Assembly: GCF_009914755.1 (NCBI RefSeq)
Contig: NC_060925.1
Source: the human T2T-CHM13v2.0 reference genome, Homo sapiens
Length of the DNA: 64,000 nt
Reading direction: 5' to 3' (one strand)
Part shown: piece by piece, positions 14,467 through 28,551 of the stretch
Position numbering within the stretch: the stretch's first letter is position 1
How the letters are laid out: every line of letters begins with the position of its first letter
The notes under the pieces: generated by a model
Told to the model about the DNA's origin: nothing
Seen by the model: the letters and a program-made list of their open reading frames with translations, nothing else
Database searches by the model: none
Program-made: the position numbers and the translations under genes

Positions 14467-15696
14467 GATATGGATTCACTAGAACACATGGGGCATTCTG
14501 GAAGTTGATGAATTCAACAAGCATGCACTTACTTTATTCTTCTGGCTCCAGGGACACCCTGTTCTATGCATTGTTGTTTTGTAACAGTGAGTGAGAGTGT
14601 AAGGAAAGTTATCATTTATTCAGTAGCCCCTATGTTCCAGGTGTTTTACAGACATTCCTCATTTAATCTTCACTTCAATCATTTGAGGTAGATACCATTA
14701 TGCCCACTTTTTCAGACAAGGAAGTTGAGACCCTGAAAGGACCCAGAGCCTACTAGCATCAGCAGAAGCCAGAACACAGAGCTCTTGATTGCAAACCCAG
14801 GGTCCGGTTCTCCAACTCCTTGGAGATTTCAGAGGGTTTCTCCGAGAGCCCTACAAAGAGGAGTTCTTACAATTATATTTTAAGTAGAATGTTTTTCCAG
14901 AGCTTCATTTCTGGCATTCCACTATCCAGACTCTCAACTCCTGGGAGGCTTTTCCTCTCCTCACCTGCTCATCTCTCTGCTAAGGACCCGCATCTGTTGG
15001 TGGTGCCGCTTTCCTGACCTCCCATGCAGAAACCAGGTCTCTGCTTTTCGGGGGTCTCTGCTTATGATTCCCCAAGAGGGGTTTCTTCCAGGCACTCAAC
15101 CTGTCGGCCTGTCCCAAGACCATGTTGGGCTTGTAGGAGCTCACATACAGTGGCCGCGTGGCTAACGTTTAGTAAGCACTTGCTATGTGCCAGGCACTGT
15201 GCTTAAGACTTTACCCTTTCAACACTCCTCTGACACTACTAACAATTATTAATAACTATTAAATTGTTAATTTAATAATTAGGCATTATTAAAATCTTAC
15301 AGACGAGACCGAGGCACAGACAGGTCATGTAATGCTTTCAAAGTGACACAGCTGGAGGTGCTGGAGGCAGGATTTAATTCTGGCAGCCTGACTCCAAACT
15401 TTCATTGTGAATCATGATGGAGTGCAACCTCTTGTAGTAGAGTTTCACATCAGGTTTTCACTATTTGTGAGAAATTGGCCTCTCTGCTTTTCTTCATTTT
15501 ATTTCATTCTCAAACTTTTATAGGACTTGGAATCTTTTCTTTGTTGTCTTTCAAGTTATACTTTGATAGGCATTTTTTTTTTCTCTCAGAATTTTGTCAT
15601 TTGGTTGTATCCTGTTCAGGAACTATTTGTTCTCCTATGTTTCTGTTGCACTCAGTCCTTTGTTATATCTTTTCTGTTGTCTTTTTGCTCCTTGCT

Positions 15697-15996
15697 TTTT
15701 TTCTTTTTGAGACAGGGTCTCACTCTTGCCCAGGCTGGAGTGCATTAGTGCAATCTCGGTTCACTGCAACCTCCACCTCCGGGGCTCAAGCAATCCTCTC
15801 ACCTTAGCCTCCTGAGTAGCTGGGACCACAGGCACATGCCACCATGCTCAGCTATTTTTTTTTTAATTTTACTTTTGGTAGAGGTGGGGTTTCACCATGT
15901 TGCCCAGGCTAATCTCGAACTCCTGGACTCAAGCAATCTGCCTGCCTCAGCCTCCCAAAGTACTGGGATTATAGGTGTGAGCCACCACACCCGGCC
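15697..15996 (-). mobile_element. AluJ
   Basis: J-type diagnostics (gggctcaagcaatcctc, ttgcccaggct); TSD tccttgcttt. Confidence 0.92.
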
Positions 15997-16419
15997 TCCT
16001 TGCTTTGTTTCATCTTCTCCTTGCAATAACCAAGAGGGTTAGGATGGAAACTAGAATGTAGAATTCCTGGGTCAGAAGACACCTCGGGAGTCCTCTCTTT
16101 CCCTTCTAGCAAGACCAAGCCCTGAGAGAGCATCTGTGGGTTTTATCTCTTAGCATCCATTCCCCTTCTTCATCAACATCAACATTTTGTCTTAGGGAGC
16201 CTATCCTTTCCATTTTGATATTAGAGCAAACATGGTGGCAACCACACTGCCTCACGTTGAATGACAGCTAACATTCTCTGTCTCAGTTTCTTAGCTATAA
16301 TAGTAGCTATCTCATAGGGTGTCTGTGAGAAGAAAATACATGCAGATGTGGTGCTTAGAACAGTGGCTGGTAGAGAATAAACACCATAAATATTAGCGAT
16401 TTTTATTGTCGATCTTTCC

Positions 16420-16821
16420 CAAGGCTAGGCCAAGGGAATGTTCTTTCCCTGGAACTTGAATCTTAAGCAGAATGGCAAAAAGACAGAAATCCATTAGAGC
16501 TGATTTATTTGGGTAATTGTGCCCTAAAGAAACGGTTAATCAGTTCCTGCTCCCTGGATCCTAGGGCAGTCCTTGTTTCTGGTCCTTCTTGAATTTGAAT
16601 CTTCAGCTGTTTATTTTTTCTGCACCCCACTTCCAACAAATGCCCCTTTTTTTGCCTCTTCCTCCTCCTCACTTTCCTCTTCACCTTTCTTCTCCTTTTT
16701 TTTCCTGTCCTCCTCCCTCAACCCCATCTTCTCTTCTTCCTCTTCCTTCTTTTTATTTTTTAGCTTAAAGTTGTTACATTTGGTTTCTGATGCTTGCTGC
16801 CAAAGAACTTTTACCGAGTCA
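16420..16821 (+). mobile_element. Old ERVL/MaLR-type LTR 3' part (LTR16/LTR33/MLT-like)
   Basis: Ends 'ttagcttaaagttgttacatttggtttctgatgcttgctgccaaagaac', typical of old ERVL LTR termini. Confidence 0.5.
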
Positions 16822-19049
16822 GCATCCCTTGAAAATGGCCCCTCAGCCTTGGTTTAAATATCTTCATAAAACAGCAACCCCCTTTTAATTGGTAAACTCT
16901 TATTCTTAGAAAGTACTTCCTCACATTAGGCCAAAAAAATCTTTATAGGACTCTGACGCCAGAACGTTTGGATTTGGAGCCTGGCTCAATTGTTTACTTG
17001 CTACGTGGCTTGGACACGTTGTTTAACCTCTGTGCCTTGGTTTCCTCATCTGTAAAACAGAGGATAATAATAGTAACCACTTCATGGTATTGTTGTGAGG
17101 ATTACATGTCATAACATTTGTAAAGAACAGTGCCTGATAAGAGTAAGTTAATGTGAGCCCTCTTCCTCCCCGTCCTCACTCAGATCCCAGTTCCATCCTT
17201 CTGAGCTGCCCAGAATAAGTCAAATCTTCCTTTTCATGCCAACTTTTTGAAAACCGAGATGCCATATTCATATCCCTCTTTCCCCCAGGCTCGATATGCC
17301 CTGCTTCCCCCTGACCCATCTGGAGACCTCTTCCCTGTGAGGCCAAGCCCTTCTTGGAAAGATCCAAACCTGTCTTCAACTTTCCTGCCTCTTTAGTTTA
17401 CTAAAAGTGAAATACAAACAAGCATTTTATAAGGCTTTGTGTTAAAGTTTACCCAACTCACCCAGCCCTAGACACTCCAGACTCTTGGAGCCTATCCCAC
17501 TGCCCAGGCCTGAGGGTAGAGCCTGGGGTCTGGAGGATGGCACAGGAAGGCATACGGGCAGAATGCAGGGGGCAAACCATTTCCCCTTCCCCTGGCCCGT
17601 TCCATCCAGGGTTGTGCAGAAGCTGACCAGACACATTTCCTGCACTTGGCTTGTCCTGCCCCAGACCTATGGCATGACTCTGTGCTAAGCTGTGTCTGGT
17701 TGTTGACATGCCAGTGACAAGGCTGAATAATTTCCACTCATAGGAAGAGGCTTCACTGCATGGAGAGCAAGAGTCTAGTTGATAATAACATCACTTGCCT
17801 GGCACATTGCAGCTTGGAACACATTTGTTCATCACAATATTTTAATGAATTTGTCACAGTCAGAAAGCCTTTTTACAAAAAGGGGCACCCTTTTTATACA
17901 TGAGAACATTAAGGCTTGGAGACATTAAGGGACTTGCCCAGAATCACACAGCCACCAAGTGACGCAACTTCCATTGGAGTTGAGTTCAGTGTTTTTTGTG
18001 ATGTGCTTGTTCTGAAGCCTTCTGCTGCTGTTTGATTATTCCTGTGACTATATCGGTTTGCCCTTGAGGCCGCAGGGCCTCCAGTGGCCCCCTTCTCAAT
18101 GGTCACCACAGACACTTAAAAGCAGGTGCCCTGAGAGCCCTTGGACTTATAGACTTTCTGCTTATAAGTAGGGGAACTTTTGGATGAAGAGCCACAGCTT
18201 AATGAAAGACTCATTGTTTTGTAAGGCTGCAGGTGTGTCCTGGAGAGAAAGATAATAGACTGATAAATCGGAAGAATCATGTCTTAGGGAGAGTCAAGTT
18301 ATATCTATTCATTCTAATGTTTTTGAAGCCCAAGGGAGCTTCTAACTGGGGGCTTATTCTTAACAGATTCTTGCAGAGACTTTAAGGAAATCTCTTCACC
18401 TTTCTTCCCCTTTTTGTTCCTGTCCTCCTCATCCCTCTCTTCACTTCTTTCTCTTCCTTTTCTTTTTCAGCTTAAAGTAGTTACAGTTGTTTTCTGATGC
18501 TTGCTGCCAAAGAACGTTTACTGAGTCAGCATCCCTTGAAAATGGCCCCTCAGCCTTGGTTTAAAAATCTCCATAAAACAGCATTCCCTTTTTTTGCTGG
18601 TCTCCATTTGGATTTTCTTGAATTCAGGGCTCCCAGGTGAAAGAATGGTCCAAGATTCTGAGGTGGAACACTGGTAGAGTGCCCTGCCATGCTCTGCCTT
18701 TGAGCAACTATGCATCCTTCACTTTCCAAGTCAGTAGGAGTAAAGTTACCCAGCCCTGGGCTCTACCTGCAATGCTGAAGAGACTAAAAGCAAGAAACAA
18801 GTGGCCAGAGAAATGATTTTACTTAGCACTGGGTGTGATCCAGGACACGCATACTGAGGAACCATCCTGGAAATCCCTGAAAACCGTAGGAGGATTCAGA
18901 CTCATCCCCTTACTTGGCTCCCTGCTGCCTGCAGAACAAATTAATGTGGTTTACAAAGTTCTTAACAATCTGGCCCCAAACTCAGGATTCTTTGGAAACC
19001 AAACTCCCCCATCCTTTTTGGTCCAGCTGTGTAGAATTGAGTTAGGCAG

Positions 19050-19485
19050 AACTTGACTCTGGACCAGATCAAAGACTGGCTAAAACAGGGAAGAGGCACG
19101 GGAAGCACTGCTCCATAAGACATGTCCACCAGTGCCTTAATAGTTTACCATTGCCATGGCGATACCCAGAAGTTACTGCCTCTTTCCATGGCAATGACCC
19201 AGAAGTTTCACCCCCTTTCTAAAAATCTCTTAAATAACCTGCCCCTTAATTTGTATGTAATTAAAAGTGAGTGTAAATATGACTGTAGAACTGCCCTGAG
19301 CTCCTGCTGTCAGCGCACTGCCTGTGGGGTAGCCCCGTTCTGCAGGAGCCGTCACAGAGCTGTAACACTGCCACCTCCATAAAGCTATTTTCTTCTACCA
19401 CTGGCTCACTCTTGAATTCTTTCTGGAGCAAAACCAAAAACCTTCCTGAGCTAAGGCCCCAGATTTGGGGCTCACCTCTCCTGCA
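19050..19485 (+). mobile_element. ERV1 MER4-group LTR (MER41/MER57-like)
   Basis: 'agtttaccattgccatggc...ccagaagttac', 'ctcttgaattctttctggagcaaaaccaaaaacc'. Confidence 0.65.
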
Positions 19486-22400
19486 AAAGAACTACTCTGT
19501 AGTCTTCCAAAATGCCATTGCCCATCTGTCCCATGGTGCCTGGGATGTACTTCTCCCACTTCCAGTTCTCTGTCTGAAACTTCTACTTATTTTGCAAGAC
19601 ATATCACAAATGTCGTCTCCTATGCGGAGCCTTTCCTGGCACTTTCATTCCTTTCTCAGTTCCCACAGCATTCTGATCGTAGCTCTATTGTAGCACTTCT
19701 CACATAGTCATATAATTTATTTTGTGGTTAAGTGCACAGATGTTGAAACTAGACTGCCTGGATTCAAATCCCAGATCTACCACTGACCAGCTTGGATAAG
19801 GTTTCTGTTCTTGATTTTTTACCTATGTTAAATATGGATACTAATTCTTATCTCCAAGAGTTTTGTAAGGGTTAAATGAGCAAACTCTGCTAAGCACTTA
19901 GACCACTGCCTGGCATTCTCTGTTAGCTCTCTATTATCTGTTTGCAGCCACCTGTCATGGTCCCTGCCTATTCAGGTCCACTGGAGCATCAACAATCATG
20001 TTTAGGCTGCTTGCAGGCCCACAGTTCATAAACCAGACCTGGAGGTAAATGGGAACTCCCTACACCCCCTTGTATGGAGGGTGAATAGATGCAGATGTCC
20101 ATGGTTCCTAGTTTCTGGTTTCCATTCTATACTCTCCTGCGATCAGAGCTCCACCTCAATCCCTTTTACAGGCCATGTCAGCATGCATTGCCTAGCTCCC
20201 TCAATCCAGATAGATTCCTGGAAATCGCAGTATTATCATAGACTTGATGGTCTAAAACAAGGCAGCATTTTTATTCCAACTAGGTCTCCAGCTAGTCTTG
20301 TGGGATTCTAAGTTGGTGACATCACTCAGCTCTCAGAGGGGTCAGGGAGCATTGATATTTATAAAACCCCTAGGTTTTGATTTCTTAATTCAGATGCCAT
20401 GTCTGAATCACTAGTATATCTAGTTCCTAGCACAGTCCCAAACTCAGTGGGTTTTTAAAATCAGTGGATACATGAATAAATGAATAAATAAATGGATCAG
20501 CTGTAAGTGGGCCATCCATTAACTTTGACACCCTCTGTGCATTCCCACAGTGTAGTGGTCAGTGTGTTTGACTCCAGCTGGGGTTTCTGTTACTGATGGC
20601 TGGTAGCATCCTAATTGAAACACACCTCCAAGTGTTGCTCATTTGTATTTTCCTTATTTGGAATACCCTTAAGTTTTCAATACCGCAGCACCATCTGGAA
20701 TAAAAAATGGCCTAAGAATATCTCTCATGCTCCCCAGAGTGCTGTATAGGTAAAGAAAGGGAGGAGCTACAAGTGTAAATACAGTTGGGCACTTAAGACA
20801 AATTTCAACTTCTTCCAAGCTTTGGCTTGGTATGGAGATAACCAATTACTTAGAATCATAGAGATATTAAAATTTAAAAGTAGAAGGCACAGTTGATGTA
20901 GCTTAACCCAAGGGCACTCAATTCTTTAAGTGTTAGAGATAGGACCTGAGACCTGATTCCTGCATTTCCCTGGTCCCTCTCTGCCTCATCAGCTTTTGTC
21001 AGTTACACACGTCCTTCCCACCACAGGCAGAGCTGGTACTTCAATCCCAGGGTTGTGTGTGAATTCACAGAAACCAGAGCAGGATTGGAGGCATGAGGCA
21101 CAGCTGGCTGTTCTGGGGTAACAGGCTTGTGGTGGTGGTGAGCTTTTGCAAAGTTTGGTTTAGCCCTTCAGGATTTGAACCTTTACCCCATTTACCCATA
21201 GAAATCTTCTCCCAAGATTCATGAGGGGTTTTCTCCGAACCTGTCAAGATTATTCTTATCTGCCCTAGTGTTTCACCACTCGCTCAGCACACTTCCTTTT
21301 GCGTCTTATGTGTATGGTAGAGAAGGGGTTGGTTGAATGGAGGAAGCTAGTATTTTTTGTTTTGTTTTGAATTGTTTTGTTCAGAAATTCTGCTTTTTCC
21401 CATGAGCTGTTTGCAAGGCTTTGAAAGGACAGCTCAGAATTACATGGAGTAACTTATTTGGGGCAGAGAAAGAAATGGGTTAACAGCAAGTTGCTTTGTC
21501 TTAGAAATTAAAAGGGCACCACTTACATTCAATATGGTGATATTTATATTCACCCAAAATTGAAGTGCTCAATAATAGGGCATTAAATGAATTTTGGTAA
21601 ATCCAAGAGCAGGAAACTGTGTAACCCAGGTACTTAGCAAAGGGTGGAGGTGATATATATACCCTGACATTAGTCTAAAGAGTACTGCACAGATACTAGT
21701 CCTTGATAATTCTAGTGCAGTGGTAACATCCTTATGGAAAGAAAAGATACAAACACATTACATTGCCTTTGGGTGCCATTCTCTTTGACTACACTCCTGA
21801 TAATCATTAAAAAGGTGAAGAAGATGTATTTCTATTGACATAGAAAACGTCTCTGACACATCGTTAAGTGAAAAAAAGCAGATTACCAAAAAGTGTTCAT
21901 AATACAATTCCAATTTTTTAAAAACATTTATAAGTACAAAAATGTGGTAGAAAGCTATCAGTATTTTAATAGTACTTATATGTGATTTTATCTCATGTTT
22001 AGACTCTTCTATATTACCTACATTTTTACAATAATACGCTATTACTTTTTCTAATTAGGAAAAGACTGGAACAGTTTGAAAAATATAAAGCTTTCTTTCT
22101 GTGGTTGGTCTCGGATATTAGTTTATGAAAGGGACAATGCTGAGTGGGTCAGTCCTTGCATTAATAAAGTTAGGTGATCAATAAATATTATTTCCCTTCC
22201 CCATGAAGACAGGGAGACAGGAAGACGCCATCCTCATTGCAGGGATGGAGTGGAGACGCTTGAATCTGAAACTCTTCAGAGGGAGATATATTCCTGGAGT
22301 CCCCAGCCAGAACTTGGCATCATTCTCTCCCATCCAGAGACCATGTTAACTAGGTTGTTAGCTTCTCTAGTACTCTCAACACTGTAGTTGAGCAACATTA

Positions 22401-25400
22401 TGCCTGAAATAAGCTTTTATGGGCTAGCCTGGGAAGCTAACTACTCTTTATAACATTATTTCTATGGGAAAACATGCTCCAAATTCCACACCACCAATTT
22501 ACATTGAAGCTTTTAGGATGCAACTATTTTCAGTTTGGAGACCTGCTTACTTGCCCCCTCCCCTTTATTCACTAATTATTTGAAAAATCTCTATTATTTT
22601 GTAGTAGATTACAAACTGGTGAACAAGTCTTTTGGCTTATGCTTTATTTGTTAACCCAGCACACAGTCAAAGGGGTTTCAAGATCGGAGGGGTCTTAGAA
22701 ATTGGCACCTAGTTACTGAATATTACTGCTCATTGATTGTCAAGCTGGCTGGAGTTGTCCAGGGATGGGGCAGTTATGCCAGGGTTCATGTCTCCCCCAG
22801 CACTCCTCCAGTCTCACTTCCCTTGTCCACACTGTTGGGAAAGGCATTAAGGAAATAATTCATTTCAGGGGCATGCACTCATTTACCTACCACATTTACA
22901 AACGTATTGCATTCAGGGACAGTTCCTGTAATCCTATAGCTCCTGTAGTATTTGGGACCATTTCAGGACCATCTAGAAATGGTGCTTAATAAATCCTTAA
23001 AAACCTTCTGAGGTGGCAGAAAGAATACTGGACTAGGCATGATGAGAGGTGCCAGTCTTGGCTAGCTGTTTGAGTTTGGGAAAGTTACGAAAGGAAGGAA
23101 TAAGCATGCTTATCTCAGAAAACCTTTTTATATTTGACAGGTGAAGACTCTGAACTGAGAAGTGGCCTTATGCCTATGGAACAGATTTCAACCTGTTCAA
23201 TAAGAGGCTTCTAGGTTGGGGAAGGGATAGAACATATTGGCATTTTGGTGGTTGTTTCAATTACTTTGGAGGTTGATGTGAAATAATCTTTTTTGACCTC
23301 CTATACCTAGAACAGTGACTTTTAATCTTTTTTGGGTCAAGAGTGCTTTATGAATAGATCAAGACTGTGGTCCCTCTTCCCCTAAAGCTTTGAAATGAAC
23401 ACAGGGGTTTCTATGCTCCATGAAGCCCACCAAAAATCTTCTAGGGGTCCAGGCAGGTAATACTGATAATCTTTGGACTAAATTTCAAATCATTAAGCTC
23501 AACAGATCCTCGTGATTTTACCAAAGATGTTTAAAAACAGCTCAAGTAGAAGTTTTGCATCTCTTCTCAGAAAACTTTAGGGTCTAGAATCATGTGTAGC
23601 TCTTGGATACAAGCTGTTCCAGGATCTAGAGAGGTCAAGAAACCATGCCTTTTCTCTAGATTTTAGTAATTTAAGCTCCAGGGACTTTCAGCTAAGTGCT
23701 CTAACAGCATCATAGGAATATCTATGATCAATAACTGGCCCATTCTACCCTCAGGGAAGTCCCCAGGTTTCCTGATTCTTTGGGAGATCTGGCTTCTGCT
23801 CCTGACCTTAGATAAATTGCTTGCCTTCTCTGGGCTTCAATGTTCTCATCTGGCCCACTTGATCTTCAGTTTCTCTTCAAGCTCCAGTGTTCTGGTATCT
23901 GTGATTCCTTGATATCTGTATGACACTGAGACAGTCCTCTAAGGAGTGATGAATTTCACAATTCCCAGCTTTGGTCTGCTCCTGTCACTGAGGAAATTCC
24001 TGTTCAAAAGGCAATTTCTACAGCACCTGTCTCAGAAGCATTTGGCTTCCTCGAGGCGTTCAGGAGACCCACAGGAAACAGATATTTTGTTGTTTTTCTT
24101 TTTGCTCTAGGAAAAAAACTCATTAAGAGCCATCTCAGACAGCAGATGTCTGTTAGGTGCACGTACATATCCAAATGAAACTTTCACCCAGAGGACCAGA
24201 AAAGGCAAGGCCAGCATCAGAGATTTAGCTGTGTCCTAAGAAACAGAAATCTCTACTCTTAGGCATCCTCCCACTTCCATGACTCACCTCCTCTCATTCC
24301 AGAAAGTCATGCACAGGAATTAATTTATAGGTACTGTCCAGAGGTCTTTAAGTAAACAGTGCTACCGGTCCTTTCAGCTACCCAGACAAGCTTGACTTCA
24401 GGCCCCAAAGAGGAAGCTAATGACTTGTAGTTACTTTGCTATTGTTTTCCGAAAACAATCTGACTTCCTTTTTGATAGCCTTGGAATTCCTTCTTTACAA
24501 ATGAAGGCGCTGGAGCCAGGGAAGGGCTGAGCTGGCCAGCTCAGGAGCATAATGCTCTCAGGACAAGATCTCCTTTATAAACAAGCTGCAGAGGCTCCTT
24601 AAAGGATGGTGGGCAGACCCTGTTTGTGAATGGAGGGACTTCTGTGCTGTCTCTGCCTCCTTCCTAAGATCTCACCTCTATCCCAGAGCATATGACAATA
24701 ACTAAGGTGTTTGGTGTCCAAAGAACAAATTTGTGAAGACCATCTTATTATGACCATTCTTAATTCTTATTATGACAACAAAGTTGAGGCTTATTGACTT
24801 GCCTGAGATCACAAAACAACAAATGGACAAGGTTAAAATTCCATCTCAGATCTCCTGACTCCAAGTTCACCTCTCTCAAAGAGGCTATGAAGATGCAAAG
24901 AGAAGGCATCTGTCTAAAGCTGGCGGGCTTTGGTCTATCCCCCGAGAAGGGAATTTGGTCTATCCCCTGAGAAGGGAATCTTCATGTTAGGTAAGAATCT
25001 ACATTTCAAATTTACTGTATGAGTGATAAATCCCTGTCCTTTCTTCTGGTCTGGGCTGGTATTAGGGGAGCTATTTTTGCACCTTCCTTCTACCAGAGGT
25101 GCCTCTGCTAGAGGTTCTTAGTAGAGTCCCTTCCTGCCACAACAAAAGATCCCCACTGGATTTCTCTGAAGAAACTGTACCCCATTGACTTTTTCTTGAC
25201 TTTTAAAAATGGTGTTTATGAGAACTTTTTTTTAAGAGAGTTAGACTTGTCTCATTTTTGCTTCTGTGAATCCCCACACTACCCCTGTCCATGACCACTG
25301 CCATGTAGAAAGAAAGCTGGCAATCCTCTAATCTCTTGTACATAGATGCACTTTAGCACTCTTTACATTGCATTCTACTTCTTGGTGCACAGGACTCTCT

Positions 25401-26299
25401 CCCTAGCCACCAGGAGCTTCAGGGCAGAGTTTGTGTTTCATTTATCTTTGTATGCCCAGTCCTTGCACAGAGTATGTTCTCAGTATACCTTCACTGAATT
25501 AAGGACTAATGAGTGAATGGCTCTATAGAGCAGGTGCTGTTCCTCAGACTCTGGGAGGAACAACTGTGAGGGAAGCACAGGCTTACCTGAAGAGTAGTTG
25601 CCATGTGCTCTCAGGTACAAAGGGAAGGTTATATGTGAATGGTGCCTTTGGATGTGTGCAGTGCCCAAACTGCTTGGCTGTATCTGGTGGCCTTGCTCAA
25701 AGGAGGCAATGAAGGTGGGCACAATAGTTAGAGCTATAATCATCAGAACCCATGTTTCCATTGTGAAATCTTATCTCCTTTCAGAGTACTCTCCCATTTA
25801 TAATTTAATTTTTATCTTCAGCATAAATGGCATGATTCGTTGTATCTATATATCTATCTCTCTGTATATTTAGCTATGTATGTATATATAGAGAGGTATA
25901 TATTGTATATTATATACAATATATATGATAGAGAATATTTAGCACTCACTACATGCCAAATATGACATATATCTCACTCAATCTTCATAGCCAACTAAAA
26001 ACTACCATTGTTATACTCATTTTAAAAGCAAGAAGGATATAGAAATAGAGGGTCACATTGCTGCCAAGTGGTGGAGCCAAAATCTGAACCTGAGTACTCT
26101 TAACCACAAGGTTATTTGCCTCAAGTCCTGTCCATTCTACCTTGTGTATTCAGCCAAGTGAACATGTGACTAATCTTTGAAAAACCAGGGAAAAGTTGTA
26201 ATCTCCTAAATGCCTCTAATCCTGTATAATAGCTTGACCCTAGGAGCTAACGTTGACTCTAGACACTAATTTGGGAGGAAACATAAAACCTTTGTTATT

Positions 26300-26676
26300 T
26301 GTATTAGTACGTTTTCATACTGCCATAGAGAACTGCCTGAGACTGAGTAATTTATAAAGGAAAGAGTTTTAATTGACTCACAGTTCAACCTGGCTAGGGA
26401 GGCCTCAGGAACTTACAATCATGGCGGAAGGTGAAGGGAAGCAAAGCACCTTCTTTGCACGGTGGCAAGAAGGAGAAGTGCTGAGCAAAGGGGGAAGAGC
26501 CCCTTATAAAACCATCAGGTCTCATGAGAACTCACTCACTATCACGAGAACAGCATGGGGAAAACTGCCCTGATGATTCAATTACCTCTACCTGGTCTCT
26601 CCCTTGACACATGGGGATTATGGGGATTATAATTCAAGATGAGATTTGGGTAGGGACACAAAGCCTAACCATATCA
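26300..26676 (-). mobile_element. THE1 (THE1C-like) solo LTR
   Basis: TGTATTAG...AACCATATCA termini; perfect 5-bp TSD TTATT on both sides. Confidence 0.93.
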
Positions 26677-27139
26677 TTATTGAATTAGGCTTTGAACATC
26701 AATGGCTAAATTATCAGGACAGGTACAGGGTATTGTACCTCACTTTTACACACAAGGAAATACCTCTATTTCAGAGTGACATGTCTGAGGGTGTCTGAGT
26801 TAACAGCATATTTGGCAGAAAGTTTCTTGATCTTGTGTCTTACGACTTTTTTTTTTTTCAATAGACCACCTAATACTATATCTTGGACATGACTGAAACA
26901 CCTTTCAAAATAAAAGAAAAGCAAGACCTTTTTGGTCTTGTGAGGTAGGTAGGGAGTGTGGATCAAGGATGCATAAGTTGTTAGAAGAGGAAGGAATGTA
27001 TACCTGGGGTGCACTACAAACTCTAGACCTTGCTTATAATCAGACCAAAATATGAGGCTCTCAGTCTTCTTGCTTTCAGAGATTTCCCTCTGGATGTAGA
27101 GAGCAAATGCCATTCCAAGATCTCCCAGGCCAAGGTCTA

Positions 27140-27489
<350 letters not shown>

Positions 27490-28551
27490 TCAGCTGTTGC
27501 CTTCATGCCCTGACTTCAGTGGGAGAGAATTAGGCATGGTTGGTAGTGGATTCCCTCTCCTTTTCTCCTGTCCGTGGAGGCTATTGTTCCAAGCCCACCA
27601 CAAGAGTTCTTAAGCCTGGGATCCCAGAAGATTCCATTTGCCTTAAGCCTAAGAAGTATGGACATGATCTTGATCTTGTCTTTGGGATTAAAACTTGAGA
27701 TATGATAAGAGTAGGCTCATAGATCTAAACACCAGGAGCAAGGAAGTCTGTGTTTCTTTTGCTTTCTGCTTCTTGGAACAGAGTGTTCTTGCCCTTTTTA
27801 GCCAGTAAAAGTCTTAAAGGGGACGGCTTATGCCTGTGGTGTCTGCATCTTAACCAGCAGAAAAGTGTGACCTCAGCCCACTAACCGTGGCTCCAATTAC
27901 CCATTTATGGCCTCCAATGAGGCACGGAGGACTCACCGTTCTTGCAATTAGATGCTGACAAATAATTTGCACATGTTGTCATGTAGGCTGTAAGGGAGGT
28001 AGCCCTGGACCACAGTGTCTTGGGAAGGAAACTTGTAGAGTCAGAGATTCACTTGGTAGAGAAGACATTGGAAGGTCTCCTCATTTCCCCCCTTGCCACT
28101 AGAGAGAAGAAAAAAAAGAAGCAATTTTCAGTATGCCAGTTTTAAAAGACTTGTGAAGAAGGTGATGGTGCTTCTTCCTGGAAATCAGTGACAGTGCTGA
28201 ACCACCTTCATAATCAGGGCTGAATACAATCTCTTCTCCTAGGGTTGGAGTCCATTCTTCTTGTGCTATCTGCAGGTCTGTTTGCTCCTACCTGGAGGGC
28301 CCTGTGCCCGCCTGTCTTACCAGGCCAATAGGTTTCATGAGAATTTCTTCTACAGCCATGGGGAGAAAGTGCCTAATCTTTCGCACCAGGTGAACCTTTT
28401 CTGTACTTATTGAGTGATCTTGGGAAAGTTACTTCACTTCTCTGAGCCTGAATTTTCTTTTCCATGAAATGGAAATAATAACATACTATCTATCTCACAG
28501 TGTTGTGAGGTGAAAATACCTGGTACACTGAAGGCCTTCAATAAATGTTCC

